Source of the DNA: a virus
Length of the DNA: 64,000 nucleotides
IMG/VR virus record: IMGVR_UViG_3300028610_001991
Reading direction: 5' to 3' (one strand)
Of this stretch, positions 27,904 to 37,608 are shown one piece after another (the stretch's first letter is position 1; each line of letters begins with the position of its first letter). The position numbers and the translations under genes are program-made. The notes below the pieces were generated by a model that was given only the letters and a program-made list of their open reading frames with translations, was not told the DNA's origin and ran no database searches.

Positions 27904-30137
27904 GTAGTTTTAATAAAGAACAAGGGACTATAGGTTTTTGGGCTAAGAATAGTTTACCACAACCCTACACTTACTGGAAGTTAAATGAAACAACCGCAGG
28001 ATCAGTAATAGACTATGGTTTTTTTACACTGCATGGTTCAAATAACGGGGCAACTATTAATCAAGACGGCTATCGTGGTAAATGTTATGATTTTAACGGT
28101 ACATCCTCTTACATATCTGTAGGGGATACCCAGTCTGATATTCGTACAGTAGCATTTTGGATGAAAGCAGATAATACATCTAAAGATATTATTGACTTAG
28201 ACGGAGGCACACATTCAGTAGAAGTTACAGCAGGAGTATTATCGGCAACAGGGTTTGTGTCTCCTAATATATATATAAATGGTGTTAGATCAACCTCCGT
28301 AGATACAAGTTGGGTATTTGTAGTTGTTACTACAAGCACTGCTATATACGCCAGTAATGTACAGATAGGCACAGAGACCACCTTTTTTGACGGTAAACTG
28401 CAGCATATAGCTTTGTATCAAGGCAGCTTAACTGAAGATGAAGTTAAACAGTTATACCAAGATACGCGTTACATAGTATCAGCAGACAGTACCCCTACTC
28501 CTATACACTGGTTTCCTTTAGACAAGTATTATGTCGAAGATGTGGGTTTACGACTTGTTAGTGGGCCTTATAGTAATGGAGCAGAACTAAGAACAGATAA
28601 CTACAGAAAACATTATTATTTTAATGCTGATAATATCGAACTGTCAACGGACGATGGTATTCTTGAGCGCACAGATAAGTTTACTATTAATGCCTGGGTG
28701 TGGGTTGATACCAGCGCTGGTGATTTTAGAATAGTAAAAAAATTGAGTGGGGCGGAAGGGTACGCTGTTGATTTACTTGCAGTAACTGCTACCGAATTTA
28801 TACTTTCTTTTTATATGGCAGGTCCTTCGAGTAGTGCTACTATAACCAGTTCTATGGATGCTGATGGGTATGTATATTCTGACGGATGGAATATGCTGAC
28901 GGTAACTAATGACGGTACAGGAGATCATACAGGGATACGTTTCTACTGTAATGGAAGTGTACTCAAGATAGGTACTGCAACCGGGGATCTTTCTCAATCA
29001 ATAAAGTCTACTGTTCCGTTTTACGTAGGAACAATAGGGGTTGGAAAGATTAGTGATTTAAGGATATACCTGGCACAGTTAACCGTAGAACAATTGCAGT
29101 TAGTAATGGATGAGCGCGAGTCATTTGAACTTAAGATAGACGAGAAAACCAGTCTTATTAAAGGATCGGTTAATGAGAGTGATACAGAAAGTTCCATGAC
29201 ACTGCCAGATTTGAGTAGTTGGTACCACATTGGGATTACTTGGTTACAGCAAAATATTACGAATGCAGCAAATCTTGTTTTATGGAATAAGTTAGGCAGC
29301 ACCATAGAGTCTGGAAGTAGCGAAGTTGGATCAAATTTCACTGAAGTTGGAACACCGGTGTATGCTAGTGGAAAATTTAACAACGGTTTTAATTCTACGA
29401 ATAGTGCTAATTATCTAACAGTTACATTTCCAGTTTTACAACCTACACAAGGATGTATGGAAGTTTGGTTGAGACCTCATTTTATACCTAGTAACGCTAC
29501 TCCTTACCAGGTAACAACTGTTACTGATGGAGGGACAGCTAGTTCAGCAAATTGGAGAGGACCGCTTCTTTACTGGAGAGATGCTACTTTCAAATGGTCT
29601 TTTTTATGGGCAGATGGTACAGATAGATACTGTGATTCTAATCACGCAGGGTTTGATGCAGCGGAAGATTTAGTTCATGTTGCATGTGTTTGGGATCAGG
29701 CAGGTATTGATGGAAGTTCTGATACAATGAGAATATATATAAATAACATGCTTAAAGGAACTGTTACATCGGCTATTACTGTTAGTAGTGATTATACGGA
29801 TTTGTACTTAGGAAAAGAGCCGGCTGTTTATCCATCTAGAATAGCAAATGCAGTTATTGATAATATCAAAATATGGAGTCAGGTTAAGACTGATTTTAGT
29901 GATAGATTTTATGAGGCTCCCCAGGAAGTTGTAAATAAATTATATCTTAGCGGGCAGAAACAGGCTGAATCTACTAGTTCAGGATTGGTAAAGAAGCCAG
30001 CAAGACAGGCTTTATTTGGATCAGATAATGTTAAAGGTAGACAGAGTAACCTGTTATATGATAGAATATATATAGGTAGACGGCAGTTATCTGATTTAGA
30101 GATGTATAACTTATATGCATCTAAATATTTAAAATAA
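27900..30137 (+). CDS. Multi-LamG virion protein 5 (nested domains)
   Basis: Three complete LamG units lie inside the fragments of an outer unit. Confidence 0.85.
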   Translation: MSSFNKEQGTIGFWAKNSLPQPYTYWKLNETTAGSVIDYGFFTLHGSNNGATINQDGYRGKCYDFNGTSSYISVGDTQSDIRTVAFWMKADNTSKDIIDLDGGTHSVEVTAGVLSATGFVSPNIYINGVRSTSVDTSWVFVVVTTSTAIYASNVQIGTETTFFDGKLQHIALYQGSLTEDEVKQLYQDTRYIVSADSTPTPIHWFPLDKYYVEDVGLRLVSGPYSNGAELRTDNYRKHYYFNADNIELSTDDGILERTDKFTINAWVWVDTSAGDFRIVKKLSGAEGYAVDLLAVTATEFILSFYMAGPSSSATITSSMDADGYVYSDGWNMLTVTNDGTGDHTGIRFYCNGSVLKIGTATGDLSQSIKSTVPFYVGTIGVGKISDLRIYLAQLTVEQLQLVMDERESFELKIDEKTSLIKGSVNESDTESSMTLPDLSSWYHIGITWLQQNITNAANLVLWNKLGSTIESGSSEVGSNFTEVGTPVYASGKFNNGFNSTNSANYLTVTFPVLQPTQGCMEVWLRPHFIPSNATPYQVTTVTDGGTASSANWRGPLLYWRDATFKWSFLWADGTDRYCDSNHAGFDAAEDLVHVACVWDQAGIDGSSDTMRIYINNMLKGTVTSAITVSSDYTDLYLGKEPAVYPSRIANAVIDNIKIWSQVKTDFSDRFYEAPQEVVNKLYLSGQKQAESTSSGLVKKPARQALFGSDNVKGRQSNLLYDRIYIGRRQLSDLEMYNLYASKYLK

Positions 30138-30150
30138 TAAGGAGTTACTT

Positions 30151-31113
30151 ATGTATTACGCGTATTTTAAAGGAAAGAATAGTGAGTTGGCTACAGAATT
30201 ACCAGGGGTGGATTGTACAGTTGTTGCTCGTCCGAAAGACAATCAGAGTCTTCAGTTATTCAAGTATGTAGCAAAGGCTATTACTGCTCAAAATCCACTG
30301 GTTGTGACAGGAAATAAATTATATGAAATTACCTCCGATACAACTTGTGTAAAGAAACTTGAATTAGCTGAAAATGATAAGTTTGGGGTGTTGGATAAAA
30401 TAGATAATTATCCGGCAGAAGGATTTACACATAAACAGTATTATGATGAATATGCAGCACTTGATGATACAGTTGTTGCACGTATCTCAAGTGAATCGCC
30501 TTTTACACAGAGTATACTTACGTATACAGAAGCATTAGCTGAGGTTAAAACCCTTGAGGATGATGTTGATTTCACATTTGACAAAATCAGCAGTGAGATA
30601 AATTGGGAAGTTAAAAACCGTCTTGCTGAATTACGGATGGCTATGTCTAAAAGAGGAATGTTACTATCTAAGTTGTCTAACATAGCTGCTGCTAATGGTG
30701 GGTATGACGCTGCTAATTGTGTAGTTGATGCTTTTGATGGTGATTCGTTAGTTGATGCGTATAACTCTGATGAGTTTAATGTAGTTAATATTAATAATGA
30801 AACTGTATTACAGGCCGGATCTGGTCAGGAGTCTTATACTTTCCAATCATTACCTATATCAGTTAATATGACACATTGTTTTGTAATGGGTTATTGTATT
30901 AGCGGAAGCTTTTCTGTTCAGATATCTAATGACGGCGGAGCTAACTGGGAAGATGTCACTTTTGGGGCAGGTGAAGACAGTAAGATTTCTAATGAAGTTA
31001 CATTTTCTGAGAGTCCTACAGGATCTGTATTACTTAGAGTAACGATGGATAACGGAGACTTACAGTATAGCCCGATTCTTGTTAGTTGGGGTATTCTCTG
31101 GAAGAATGTTTAA
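30151..31113 (+). CDS. Putative virion structural protein
   Basis: Last gene of the tail block. Has a VVDAFDGDSLVD motif and a beta-rich C-terminus (VQISNDGGANWE…LLRVTM) typical of tail-associated proteins. Confidence 0.45.
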   Translation: MYYAYFKGKNSELATELPGVDCTVVARPKDNQSLQLFKYVAKAITAQNPLVVTGNKLYEITSDTTCVKKLELAENDKFGVLDKIDNYPAEGFTHKQYYDEYAALDDTVVARISSESPFTQSILTYTEALAEVKTLEDDVDFTFDKISSEINWEVKNRLAELRMAMSKRGMLLSKLSNIAAANGGYDAANCVVDAFDGDSLVDAYNSDEFNVVNINNETVLQAGSGQESYTFQSLPISVNMTHCFVMGYCISGSFSVQISNDGGANWEDVTFGAGEDSKISNEVTFSESPTGSVLLRVTMDNGDLQYSPILVSWGILWKNV

Positions 31114-31128
31114 GGTAGGTAATACCCT

Positions 31129-31461
31129 ATGCAAGAATATTTAGCACGTCTTGTTAGTGTGGTTGATGGTGGAGTAATATATCTCGACATTGACTTGGGA
31201 TTGTGTAATGTACATGTATACAAACGAGTTTATTTAAAAGATATAAATATACCTAGTATAGACTCTTGTTTACCAAAAGATAAAAATCAGGCGTTGGCGG
31301 CAAAACAGCGCTTAACAGATCTTTTAGCTAAAGCTGAGGGTGGTGTACTTAAGATTAAGACAGAAGAAGAAAAGGGGAATATTTTTGTTACTGTGTATAT
31401 AGGTGGTATGAATGTCAACAAGACACTTGCGAACGACTGTTTAACAAAAAATTCCAGATAA
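31129..31461 (+). CDS. Degenerate thermonuclease (SNase)-fold protein
   Basis: Aligns by eye with the SNase at 54060, but DGDT→DGGV, GIDTPE→DINIPS, and the KYGR motif is lost. Confidence 0.6.
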   Translation: MQEYLARLVSVVDGGVIYLDIDLGLCNVHVYKRVYLKDINIPSIDSCLPKDKNQALAAKQRLTDLLAKAEGGVLKIKTEEEKGNIFVTVYIGGMNVNKTLANDCLTKNSR

Positions 31462-31464
31462 TAG

Positions 31465-31493
31465 TTGAAAAATAATGTGTAATATACTATAAT
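31465..31493 (+). promoter_or_regulatory. Sigma70-type promoter upstream of the lysis and glycan genes
   Basis: TTGAAA (31465-70), 17-nt spacer, TATAAT (31488-93), then an AAAGGA RBS before the ATG at 31506. Confidence 0.7.
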
Positions 31494-31505
31494 AAAGGAA
31501 TTACT

Positions 31506-31877
31506 ATGGCAAAAGTAAAAGTTGAATTAAAAGATTATTATACAATAGCCAGTGTAATAATTGCTCTAGTGACCTTGTCTCTATGTTATTTACATAGAGA
31601 AATGGTCAGAGGCGTGATGGTTTTTGTCCCTATAATGCCGGGACATCAATGGACTACTGTAGCGACAATGCTTTTTATGAGAATGTTTGCTTCAAAATTA
31701 GCTAATAGAGAGCAGGCAAAAGTAATTCAGCATGTTTGCGGCATAGTTGTTGTCACTTTGTTTATACTGGCCGGTGTATTTGAGTATTTTAAGATTGATC
31801 CCGGATCTTTTTACTGGGGTTTAATAGGCTCAGTATTAGGTACTTGGTTAGGGACAGGTGAAGGCTCAGGAGTTTAA
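31506..31877 (+). CDS. Putative holin (multi-pass membrane protein)
   Basis: 123 aa with three to four hydrophobic segments, directly upstream of the endolysin. Confidence 0.55.
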   Translation: MAKVKVELKDYYTIASVIIALVTLSLCYLHREMVRGVMVFVPIMPGHQWTTVATMLFMRMFASKLANREQAKVIQHVCGIVVVTLFILAGVFEYFKIDPGSFYWGLIGSVLGTWLGTGEGSGV

Positions 31878-31892
31878 ATGTAAGGAGTAAAC

Positions 31893-32597
31893 ATGCAAGG
31901 AAAAATAGTCGGAGAAATGATTATTAGATTATTAAAGCTAATTATAGAGTTATTAAGTAAACAGGTAAAAAAGGGTAGAGAGGCAAAGGAACTTAGAGAG
32001 GAAGGGCCGGTTAATATTAATGTACCCAATAAGGAAGAGATAGTTAAGAAGTTATCCCCTCTAGATCAGGTAGCGATTGACTTGGAAGTTGATAATAAAC
32101 TAATCAAAGCGTTTATTGATGTAGAGTCCGGTAGGTATCATAAATTCGATGGTCAGCTTGTGATTAATTACGAAGCTCATTATTTTAAAAAGTTTTCAGG
32201 TATAGTTGTGCCTGATAGAAATATTATAAGAGGAGACGGACTTAATCAGGAAGATGAATGGCGTAATTTTATAGAGGCAAGGGGTAAGGAGGAGGAAGCT
32301 GCTTACAAAAGTATATCGATGGGGAAAACTCAAATTATGGGTGCTAACCATAAGATTCTTGGATATAAATCTGCAAAACTTATGTTTGAGGCATTTGATA
32401 AAACAGAAGATAATGCTATATACGGTTTTGGTTCATTTGTAAAAGCTCATAGGGGACTATTAAAGGCTTGTAGGACAAAAGATTATCATAAAATGGCTTA
32501 CTATTACAACGGAAAGGCATACAAAAAATATAAAGATTCTAAAGGACGTACTTACGCAGATAAAATCCGAGAGGCCTATGAAGCGCTATGCGTATAG
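31893..32597 (+). CDS. Endolysin, N-acetylmuramidase family (DUF3380/PF11860-like)
   Basis: Motifs AFIDVESG…INYEAHYF…SISMGKTQIMGANHKILGY…MAYYYNG. Confidence 0.85.
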   Translation: MQGKIVGEMIIRLLKLIIELLSKQVKKGREAKELREEGPVNINVPNKEEIVKKLSPLDQVAIDLEVDNKLIKAFIDVESGRYHKFDGQLVINYEAHYFKKFSGIVVPDRNIIRGDGLNQEDEWRNFIEARGKEEEAAYKSISMGKTQIMGANHKILGYKSAKLMFEAFDKTEDNAIYGFGSFVKAHRGLLKACRTKDYHKMAYYYNGKAYKKYKDSKGRTYADKIREAYEALCV

Positions 32598-33394
32598 AAG
32601 ATGCAACTATTATAATACCTTATTCAGGTGATTATACTTATTTAAAATTGTGTCTTAAAATAGGACTTGCCCGCCAGGAATTAAAACCAAAACATATCAT
32701 AATTATATTTGATAACTGTAATTTAGACATAGAAGAGTATCCGGATAAGTATGCTGTTTCTGATATGGATGCTCAGGTGTTTAGTTATTCGGATCAGGAA
32801 GGTGCAGGAAATAGAGCTGCAGTTAGAAACTGCGGTATACGAGCAGTTAAAACAGAATGGTTATTTCTTTTAGATGAGGATATAGTATTATTTCCATCTT
32901 ATTTTACAGAGCTGCAAAGAGTAGCTAGTTCTATTCCACTTAATCATGTTATCCATGGATCATTAATTAATAGAAAAGTTGAAACTACTTTACCTCTTGA
33001 AGAAATAATAAAGATGACTGAAGATCCTGGTAAAGTTACGGATAAACATAGACAAGCAGCTTCTACGATTAGTCCTAATAGATGGATGTCTTTTTGTACA
33101 GGCAATTTATTAGTGTCTAAAAAGTTAATGGTAGATGCAGGGCTTTTTGATGAGAAAATAAAGGGATGGGGGGAGGAGGATACTGAGATGGGATTTCGTG
33201 TGTACAAGGCAGGAGGACAGTTTTTTAATATGCTTTGTTTAAGAGGGTTTCATCTTGCTCGATCCGGTATAAATCGTAGAAGTAGAAATAAAGGGTGGTC
33301 AAAGAATTTAGAGTATACTTTAGCGAAACATAAGGGCACAGAATATGTTAAACAGAGAAGTTCCAGTTTGAGTTTTGCAAGGAGGTATAGTTGA
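32588..33394 (+). CDS. Glycosyltransferase, GT2/GT-A fold
   Basis: Motifs IIIPY…RAAVRNCGI…LFLLDEDI…GWGEEDTEMGFR. Confidence 0.85.
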   Translation: MRIEDATIIIPYSGDYTYLKLCLKIGLARQELKPKHIIIIFDNCNLDIEEYPDKYAVSDMDAQVFSYSDQEGAGNRAAVRNCGIRAVKTEWLFLLDEDIVLFPSYFTELQRVASSIPLNHVIHGSLINRKVETTLPLEEIIKMTEDPGKVTDKHRQAASTISPNRWMSFCTGNLLVSKKLMVDAGLFDEKIKGWGEEDTEMGFRVYKAGGQFFNMLCLRGFHLARSGINRRSRNKGWSKNLEYTLAKHKGTEYVKQRSSSLSFARRYS

Positions 33395-34008
33395 TTAATA
33401 TTATAATCGCGACGTACAAATCTGCAGAAGAAATAAATCCCTTAGTTCAAGAAATACAGAGAGAAACACATTCAGATTATAGATTAATTTTAACCTGCCA
33501 GAAGGACAGTGCGGCAGTTAATAGAAACTACGGGTTAGACAGGGCAGAGTCAGAAATAGTTATAATGATTGATGACGATACTTTCGGGTATAAGTGTGAC
33601 TGGGAAAAGAATCTTATTGAGCCTTTAAAGGACATTAATATTTTAGCTGTTTCTGCGAGATTGATGGGTAAGACATTTAGAGGCCAGGTAGATTACACTA
33701 AGCCTGGGCTGGTGACCTGTCAAAACTATGATATTAATAAACCAGTTGTAGAAGTTAAGTATATACCTACTACCTGTGTTGCTTTCAGAAAAACTGATTT
33801 GAGATTTCATGAAGGATTTAAGGGTAGTGGTTTTGAAGATACATATTTCTTCTGGCAGTTGCAAAAAAGAAATATTAATGGTAAATTGGTTATTTACAAT
33901 GAGGTTAAAATTAAACATAAGAATGAAAAAAAGAACCAGATAGAGTATTGGATAGAGAACACAAATCTTTGGAATAAATTAACTAATAAGGCTAAGTGGC
34001 ATGGCTGA
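33391..34008 (+). CDS. Glycosyltransferase, GT2
   Basis: TTG start; motifs IIIATY…AAVNRNYGL…IMIDDD…GFEDTYF. Confidence 0.8.
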   Translation: MINIIIATYKSAEEINPLVQEIQRETHSDYRLILTCQKDSAAVNRNYGLDRAESEIVIMIDDDTFGYKCDWEKNLIEPLKDINILAVSARLMGKTFRGQVDYTKPGLVTCQNYDINKPVVEVKYIPTTCVAFRKTDLRFHEGFKGSGFEDTYFFWQLQKRNINGKLVIYNEVKIKHKNEKKNQIEYWIENTNLWNKLTNKAKWHG

Positions 34009-34642
34009 GATAAGTATTGTAATACCTTCACTTAAACAAGAAGATGAGTTAAAAGATCAGGTTAAAAGTATACGTCAAACAGCTATTAATGATTGTCAAA
34101 TATTAACTATTTGTAAAAAGCAATCTGCAGCAAAGAATAGAAATGAATGTATTGAAAGGTCTATATTCGATTTAATTATAATGCTAGATGATGATATAGG
34201 TAATTTTTTTCCAGGGTGGGATGAATTGCTTATTCAGCCTTTTAGATCAAACCCTATTAAATATTCTATTGTTGCAGCTAGATTGATTGATAAAGAGGGT
34301 AATAGGTCTCCCCAACTAGGGGATTGTGATAGGTGGAATAAGTCCTTTGATTATGTACGTGCAGTGCACACATTGAAAACCGGTTTAAATGTTGTAGGTA
34401 GTTCTTGTATTTCTTTTTATAAAGATGATTTGAGATTTGATGAATTGTATCTAGGTGCTACATACGAGGACGCAGATTTTTGTATGCAGATGAATAAACA
34501 ATGTCCGGAGAAAGAGATTATAATAAATAATCAATGTAAGTTAATACATAATAATGAAGGTAAGGGTAGAAGTATAGGGTCTAATAATTACAGTATTCAT
34601 AATAAAAAATACTTTGCGAAAAAGTGGGGAATAGAGGTATGA
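34001..34642 (+). CDS. Glycosyltransferase, GT2 (paralog of the preceding gene)
   Basis: Motifs SIVIPS…SAAKNRNECI…IMLDDDI…YEDADFC. Confidence 0.8.
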   Translation: MAEISIVIPSLKQEDELKDQVKSIRQTAINDCQILTICKKQSAAKNRNECIERSIFDLIIMLDDDIGNFFPGWDELLIQPFRSNPIKYSIVAARLIDKEGNRSPQLGDCDRWNKSFDYVRAVHTLKTGLNVVGSSCISFYKDDLRFDELYLGATYEDADFCMQMNKQCPEKEIIINNQCKLIHNNEGKGRSIGSNNYSIHNKKYFAKKWGIEV

Positions 34643-35508
34643 TAAAGGATATAGGGTTGTATTGTTGTACTCCTGATCAGATAGTAGGCTGTAGGAAAGT
34701 ATCGTTAAATTTGTTAAGAGGGCTAGAGGAACTTGGAGTTACGGTACACCTTAATAAATCCAGGGAATCTACAGGCTGTATACAGGGTATTCTTCAGCTG
34801 AGGCAGCATAAACTACCTACGAATACTTTGGTAGGACCAGAGATAATGGTATTACCAAATGAGATGCCGCAGTTATGGAAAAGACATCAGTATTGGGTAC
34901 AACCTGCACAGTGGGTTTGTGATTATATGGATGAATTTAAAGAAATTCATGATAATAAAATAAAATTGAATGTATGGCCTGTAGGGGTAGATGTGGATAT
35001 GTTTAGTGATAGAGATCGAGGTCATTTTAAATATGACTGTTTTGTATATTATAAAGATGTTACTAAGCAAGTTACACATAAAGATCTTGTTACTATTTTA
35101 ACTGGTTTAAAGGAAAGAGGCTTAACTTCGCTTGTTCTTACTTATGGTAAATATAAAGAGAAACAATTTATAGAGTATTGTAAGCGATGTCGTTTTGGTA
35201 TATTTATAACAGGTACCGAGAGTCAAGGTATAGCTTATATGGAAGCTCTGGCATGTGGCATTCCTTTATTTATTTGGGAAATTGATTGTTTTTTGTACGG
35301 CAGCTACAAATTTTATGGAAAAAACGTTAGTGCTGCACCCTATTTTGATGAACGGTGTGGTATGAAGGCAAATAGATACGATTGGAATAAATTTGATTTA
35401 TTCCTTAGTAAATTGGCGGAGTATAGCCCGCGAGATTATATATTGGAGAACCATACTCCATGTATGGGGGCTAAAAAGTATATGGATATATTAGAAAGGA
35501 TAATATAA
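34639..35508 (+). CDS. GT-B (GT4-like) glycosyltransferase
   Basis: Motifs PVGVDVDMF and TESQGIAYMEALACGIPL (the E-x7-E-like region). The likely start is the ATGA overlap at 34639. Confidence 0.7.
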   Translation: MIKDIGLYCCTPDQIVGCRKVSLNLLRGLEELGVTVHLNKSRESTGCIQGILQLRQHKLPTNTLVGPEIMVLPNEMPQLWKRHQYWVQPAQWVCDYMDEFKEIHDNKIKLNVWPVGVDVDMFSDRDRGHFKYDCFVYYKDVTKQVTHKDLVTILTGLKERGLTSLVLTYGKYKEKQFIEYCKRCRFGIFITGTESQGIAYMEALACGIPLFIWEIDCFLYGSYKFYGKNVSAAPYFDERCGMKANRYDWNKFDLFLSKLAEYSPRDYILENHTPCMGAKKYMDILERII

Positions 35509-36323
35509 TGATTAACATTTTAATCTTTAGTAAGGATAGGGCTTGTCAGCTTGATTTATGTATCAGATCTATACTTGAAAAGTTACACTTAGGCTATAGA
35601 CTACATGTGCAGTATACTACTTCAGATGAGATGTTTGATAAAGGGTACGAGTTGCTAAAACAAAAATATGGGCATTTTATTAAGTTTGTTAAAGAGTCTA
35701 ATTTTAAAACAACACTGCTTGAAATGGTGTCGAAGTTCGAAAATGAATATTGTATGTTTTTGGTTGATGATGATGTATTTATCAATGATGTTAGTGAAGA
35801 TGAGTTTTGTAAGCTATTTAAACTTTATAAAGAGAATACTAAGGTAGCTACAGTATCGTTTAGAATGAATCCTTTCATAGATTACTGTTTTCCTGCTAAA
35901 AAGAAAATGATAATACCAGAATTTATGGAAGAAACTATGTATCTTTTGTGGGCATGGGTAGACTACGATTCGTTTACTTGTTGGGGATACCCCATGGCAA
36001 TAGACACACATGTATATAATGTAAAGAGTATAAGTGCTTTATTTAACCGACTTAACTATAGCGATGTAAATACCCTTGAGCTTAATATGACGTATAATAC
36101 ACCAAAAGAGAAACCGTATATGATTTCGTTTAAAGAAACTAAAGTATATAATATACAACATAACTTTGTACAGGAGGACAGTCGCCAAAAAAGTAAGTGT
36201 GCTGTACATACATTAAATGAAAAGTTTCTTAAGGGTGCGGTTATATCTACAGAGGATATTTACAGGCTTAAGCCTACGGCGGCGCATGGAAAACTTGAAT
36301 ATAAACTTATAGGAGGATGTTAG
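35508..36323 (+). CDS. Putative GT-A fold glycosyltransferase
   Basis: N-terminal ILIFSKDRACQL, a DXD-like FLVDDDVF motif and WGYPMAID; lies within the glycan cluster. Confidence 0.55.
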   Translation: MINILIFSKDRACQLDLCIRSILEKLHLGYRLHVQYTTSDEMFDKGYELLKQKYGHFIKFVKESNFKTTLLEMVSKFENEYCMFLVDDDVFINDVSEDEFCKLFKLYKENTKVATVSFRMNPFIDYCFPAKKKMIIPEFMEETMYLLWAWVDYDSFTCWGYPMAIDTHVYNVKSISALFNRLNYSDVNTLELNMTYNTPKEKPYMISFKETKVYNIQHNFVQEDSRQKSKCAVHTLNEKFLKGAVISTEDIYRLKPTAAHGKLEYKLIGGC

Positions 36324-37078
36324 TGGAAAAATTTGTTATTGATATAGTTATGCTTGTTGGTAAAAAGGACTGTAATAAAGCTGTTAACTCGATAGCTTTT
36401 GTACTTAAACATCTTACAGATGTTATCATCGATAATTTCTATATTGTTACACCAGTTAAGGAGTTAAAAAATATTCTTACCTCTAGAGAGTTTATCTTTG
36501 TTGAGGATAGCAGTATACCTTTTAGTAAGGAAGGCATTAGTTTTCGTCCGGGATGGACATGGCAGCAATTAATTAAACTATTTAATACTTTTGTAAAAAA
36601 CAGATACTATTTATGTATTGATTCGGATTGTTTTTTTATAAAAGATATTAGTTTATTTCATGAGAGGGGCATACCTTATATTTTTAGAAATATGCATAAG
36701 TATAACCTACATGGACCTTATTTTGATTTTATAGAAAAGAAATGTGGATTGCCTGTTTCCCGGGATAAAACTTATGTATGTGATTTTATGCTGTTTGACA
36801 AGAAGATTATAGATTCTTTGATACTTGATCTTTTTGAGAACAGGGATAAAGCTATTGATACTATTATGAAGCATGATGCTTCTTGTACGTTTAGCGAGTA
36901 TGAAACTTACGGTCATTATGCTATACATAAGGGCCTTGTACTTGAAAAACAGATACAGGGAGGAATGAAGGGTAAGTATAATGAAGATGTTACAAATGAA
37001 GAATTTATTGATTTTATGAATGAGGTTAAACAAAACGATGATTTTACTTATTTTAGCTATCATACATGGGGATCGTAA
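36317..37078 (+). CDS. Putative glycosyltransferase-like protein (DUF6492-like)
   Basis: Motifs WTWQQLIKL, YLCIDSDCFF (DXD) and FSEYETYG. The true start may be the GTG at 36323. Confidence 0.55.
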   Translation: MLVEKFVIDIVMLVGKKDCNKAVNSIAFVLKHLTDVIIDNFYIVTPVKELKNILTSREFIFVEDSSIPFSKEGISFRPGWTWQQLIKLFNTFVKNRYYLCIDSDCFFIKDISLFHERGIPYIFRNMHKYNLHGPYFDFIEKKCGLPVSRDKTYVCDFMLFDKKIIDSLILDLFENRDKAIDTIMKHDASCTFSEYETYGHYAIHKGLVLEKQIQGGMKGKYNEDVTNEEFIDFMNEVKQNDDFTYFSYHTWGS

Positions 37079-37608
37079 TTGTGAAATTATCTTATCGTGA
37101 GAGTGGTTATGCTACACATCAACCCTATATAATAGCTGTTTGTGATAAGATACATAACGGTAAAATAATAGAGTATGGTTGTGGTAATTTTAGTACGCCA
37201 TTATTACATGAGATATGTGAAAGAAATAGCAATCAACTTTTATCAGTGGACCATGATTCTGCATATATGGAACCTGTACTTAAATTAGAAACTGAGTGGC
37301 ACAGGTTTGTAAGGTTAGTTGATTATACTGAATTGTTATTTGATTTTGATTTTACTTGTAATCTTGCTTTTATAGACTCTGGGTTTTGGGGGTCTAGGCT
37401 GATGATCGTAAACGAGTATAAAAGACTTAACAGTTTTGATTATTTGATATTACATGATAGCGACTATATCCTTAATAAACTTCCGGCTTTATTTAAAGAG
37501 TATCCTCATAAACAATATGGTGTTTTAAAACCGCCAACAACTGTAGTAAGGCAGGTATCACAAAAGAGATTAAATATCAATATAGATTTAGGTATGGAGG
37601 TGTATTAG
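37066..37608 (+). CDS. Class I SAM-dependent methyltransferase-like protein
   Basis: Motifs IIEYGCGNFSTPLL, LSVDHD, AFIDS and LILHDS. Confidence 0.6.
   Translation: MGIVIVKLSYRESGYATHQPYIIAVCDKIHNGKIIEYGCGNFSTPLLHEICERNSNQLLSVDHDSAYMEPVLKLETEWHRFVRLVDYTELLFDFDFTCNLAFIDSGFWGSRLMIVNEYKRLNSFDYLILHDSDYILNKLPALFKEYPHKQYGVLKPPTTVVRQVSQKRLNINIDLGMEVY

Noticed and set aside
19909-30137. Possible diversity-generating retroelement acting on the lectin genes
   Set aside because: There is no reverse transcriptase in the window and no near-identical TR/VR pair differing only at adenines; the repeated modules are diverged at all base types. A DGR elsewhere in the genome cannot be excluded.
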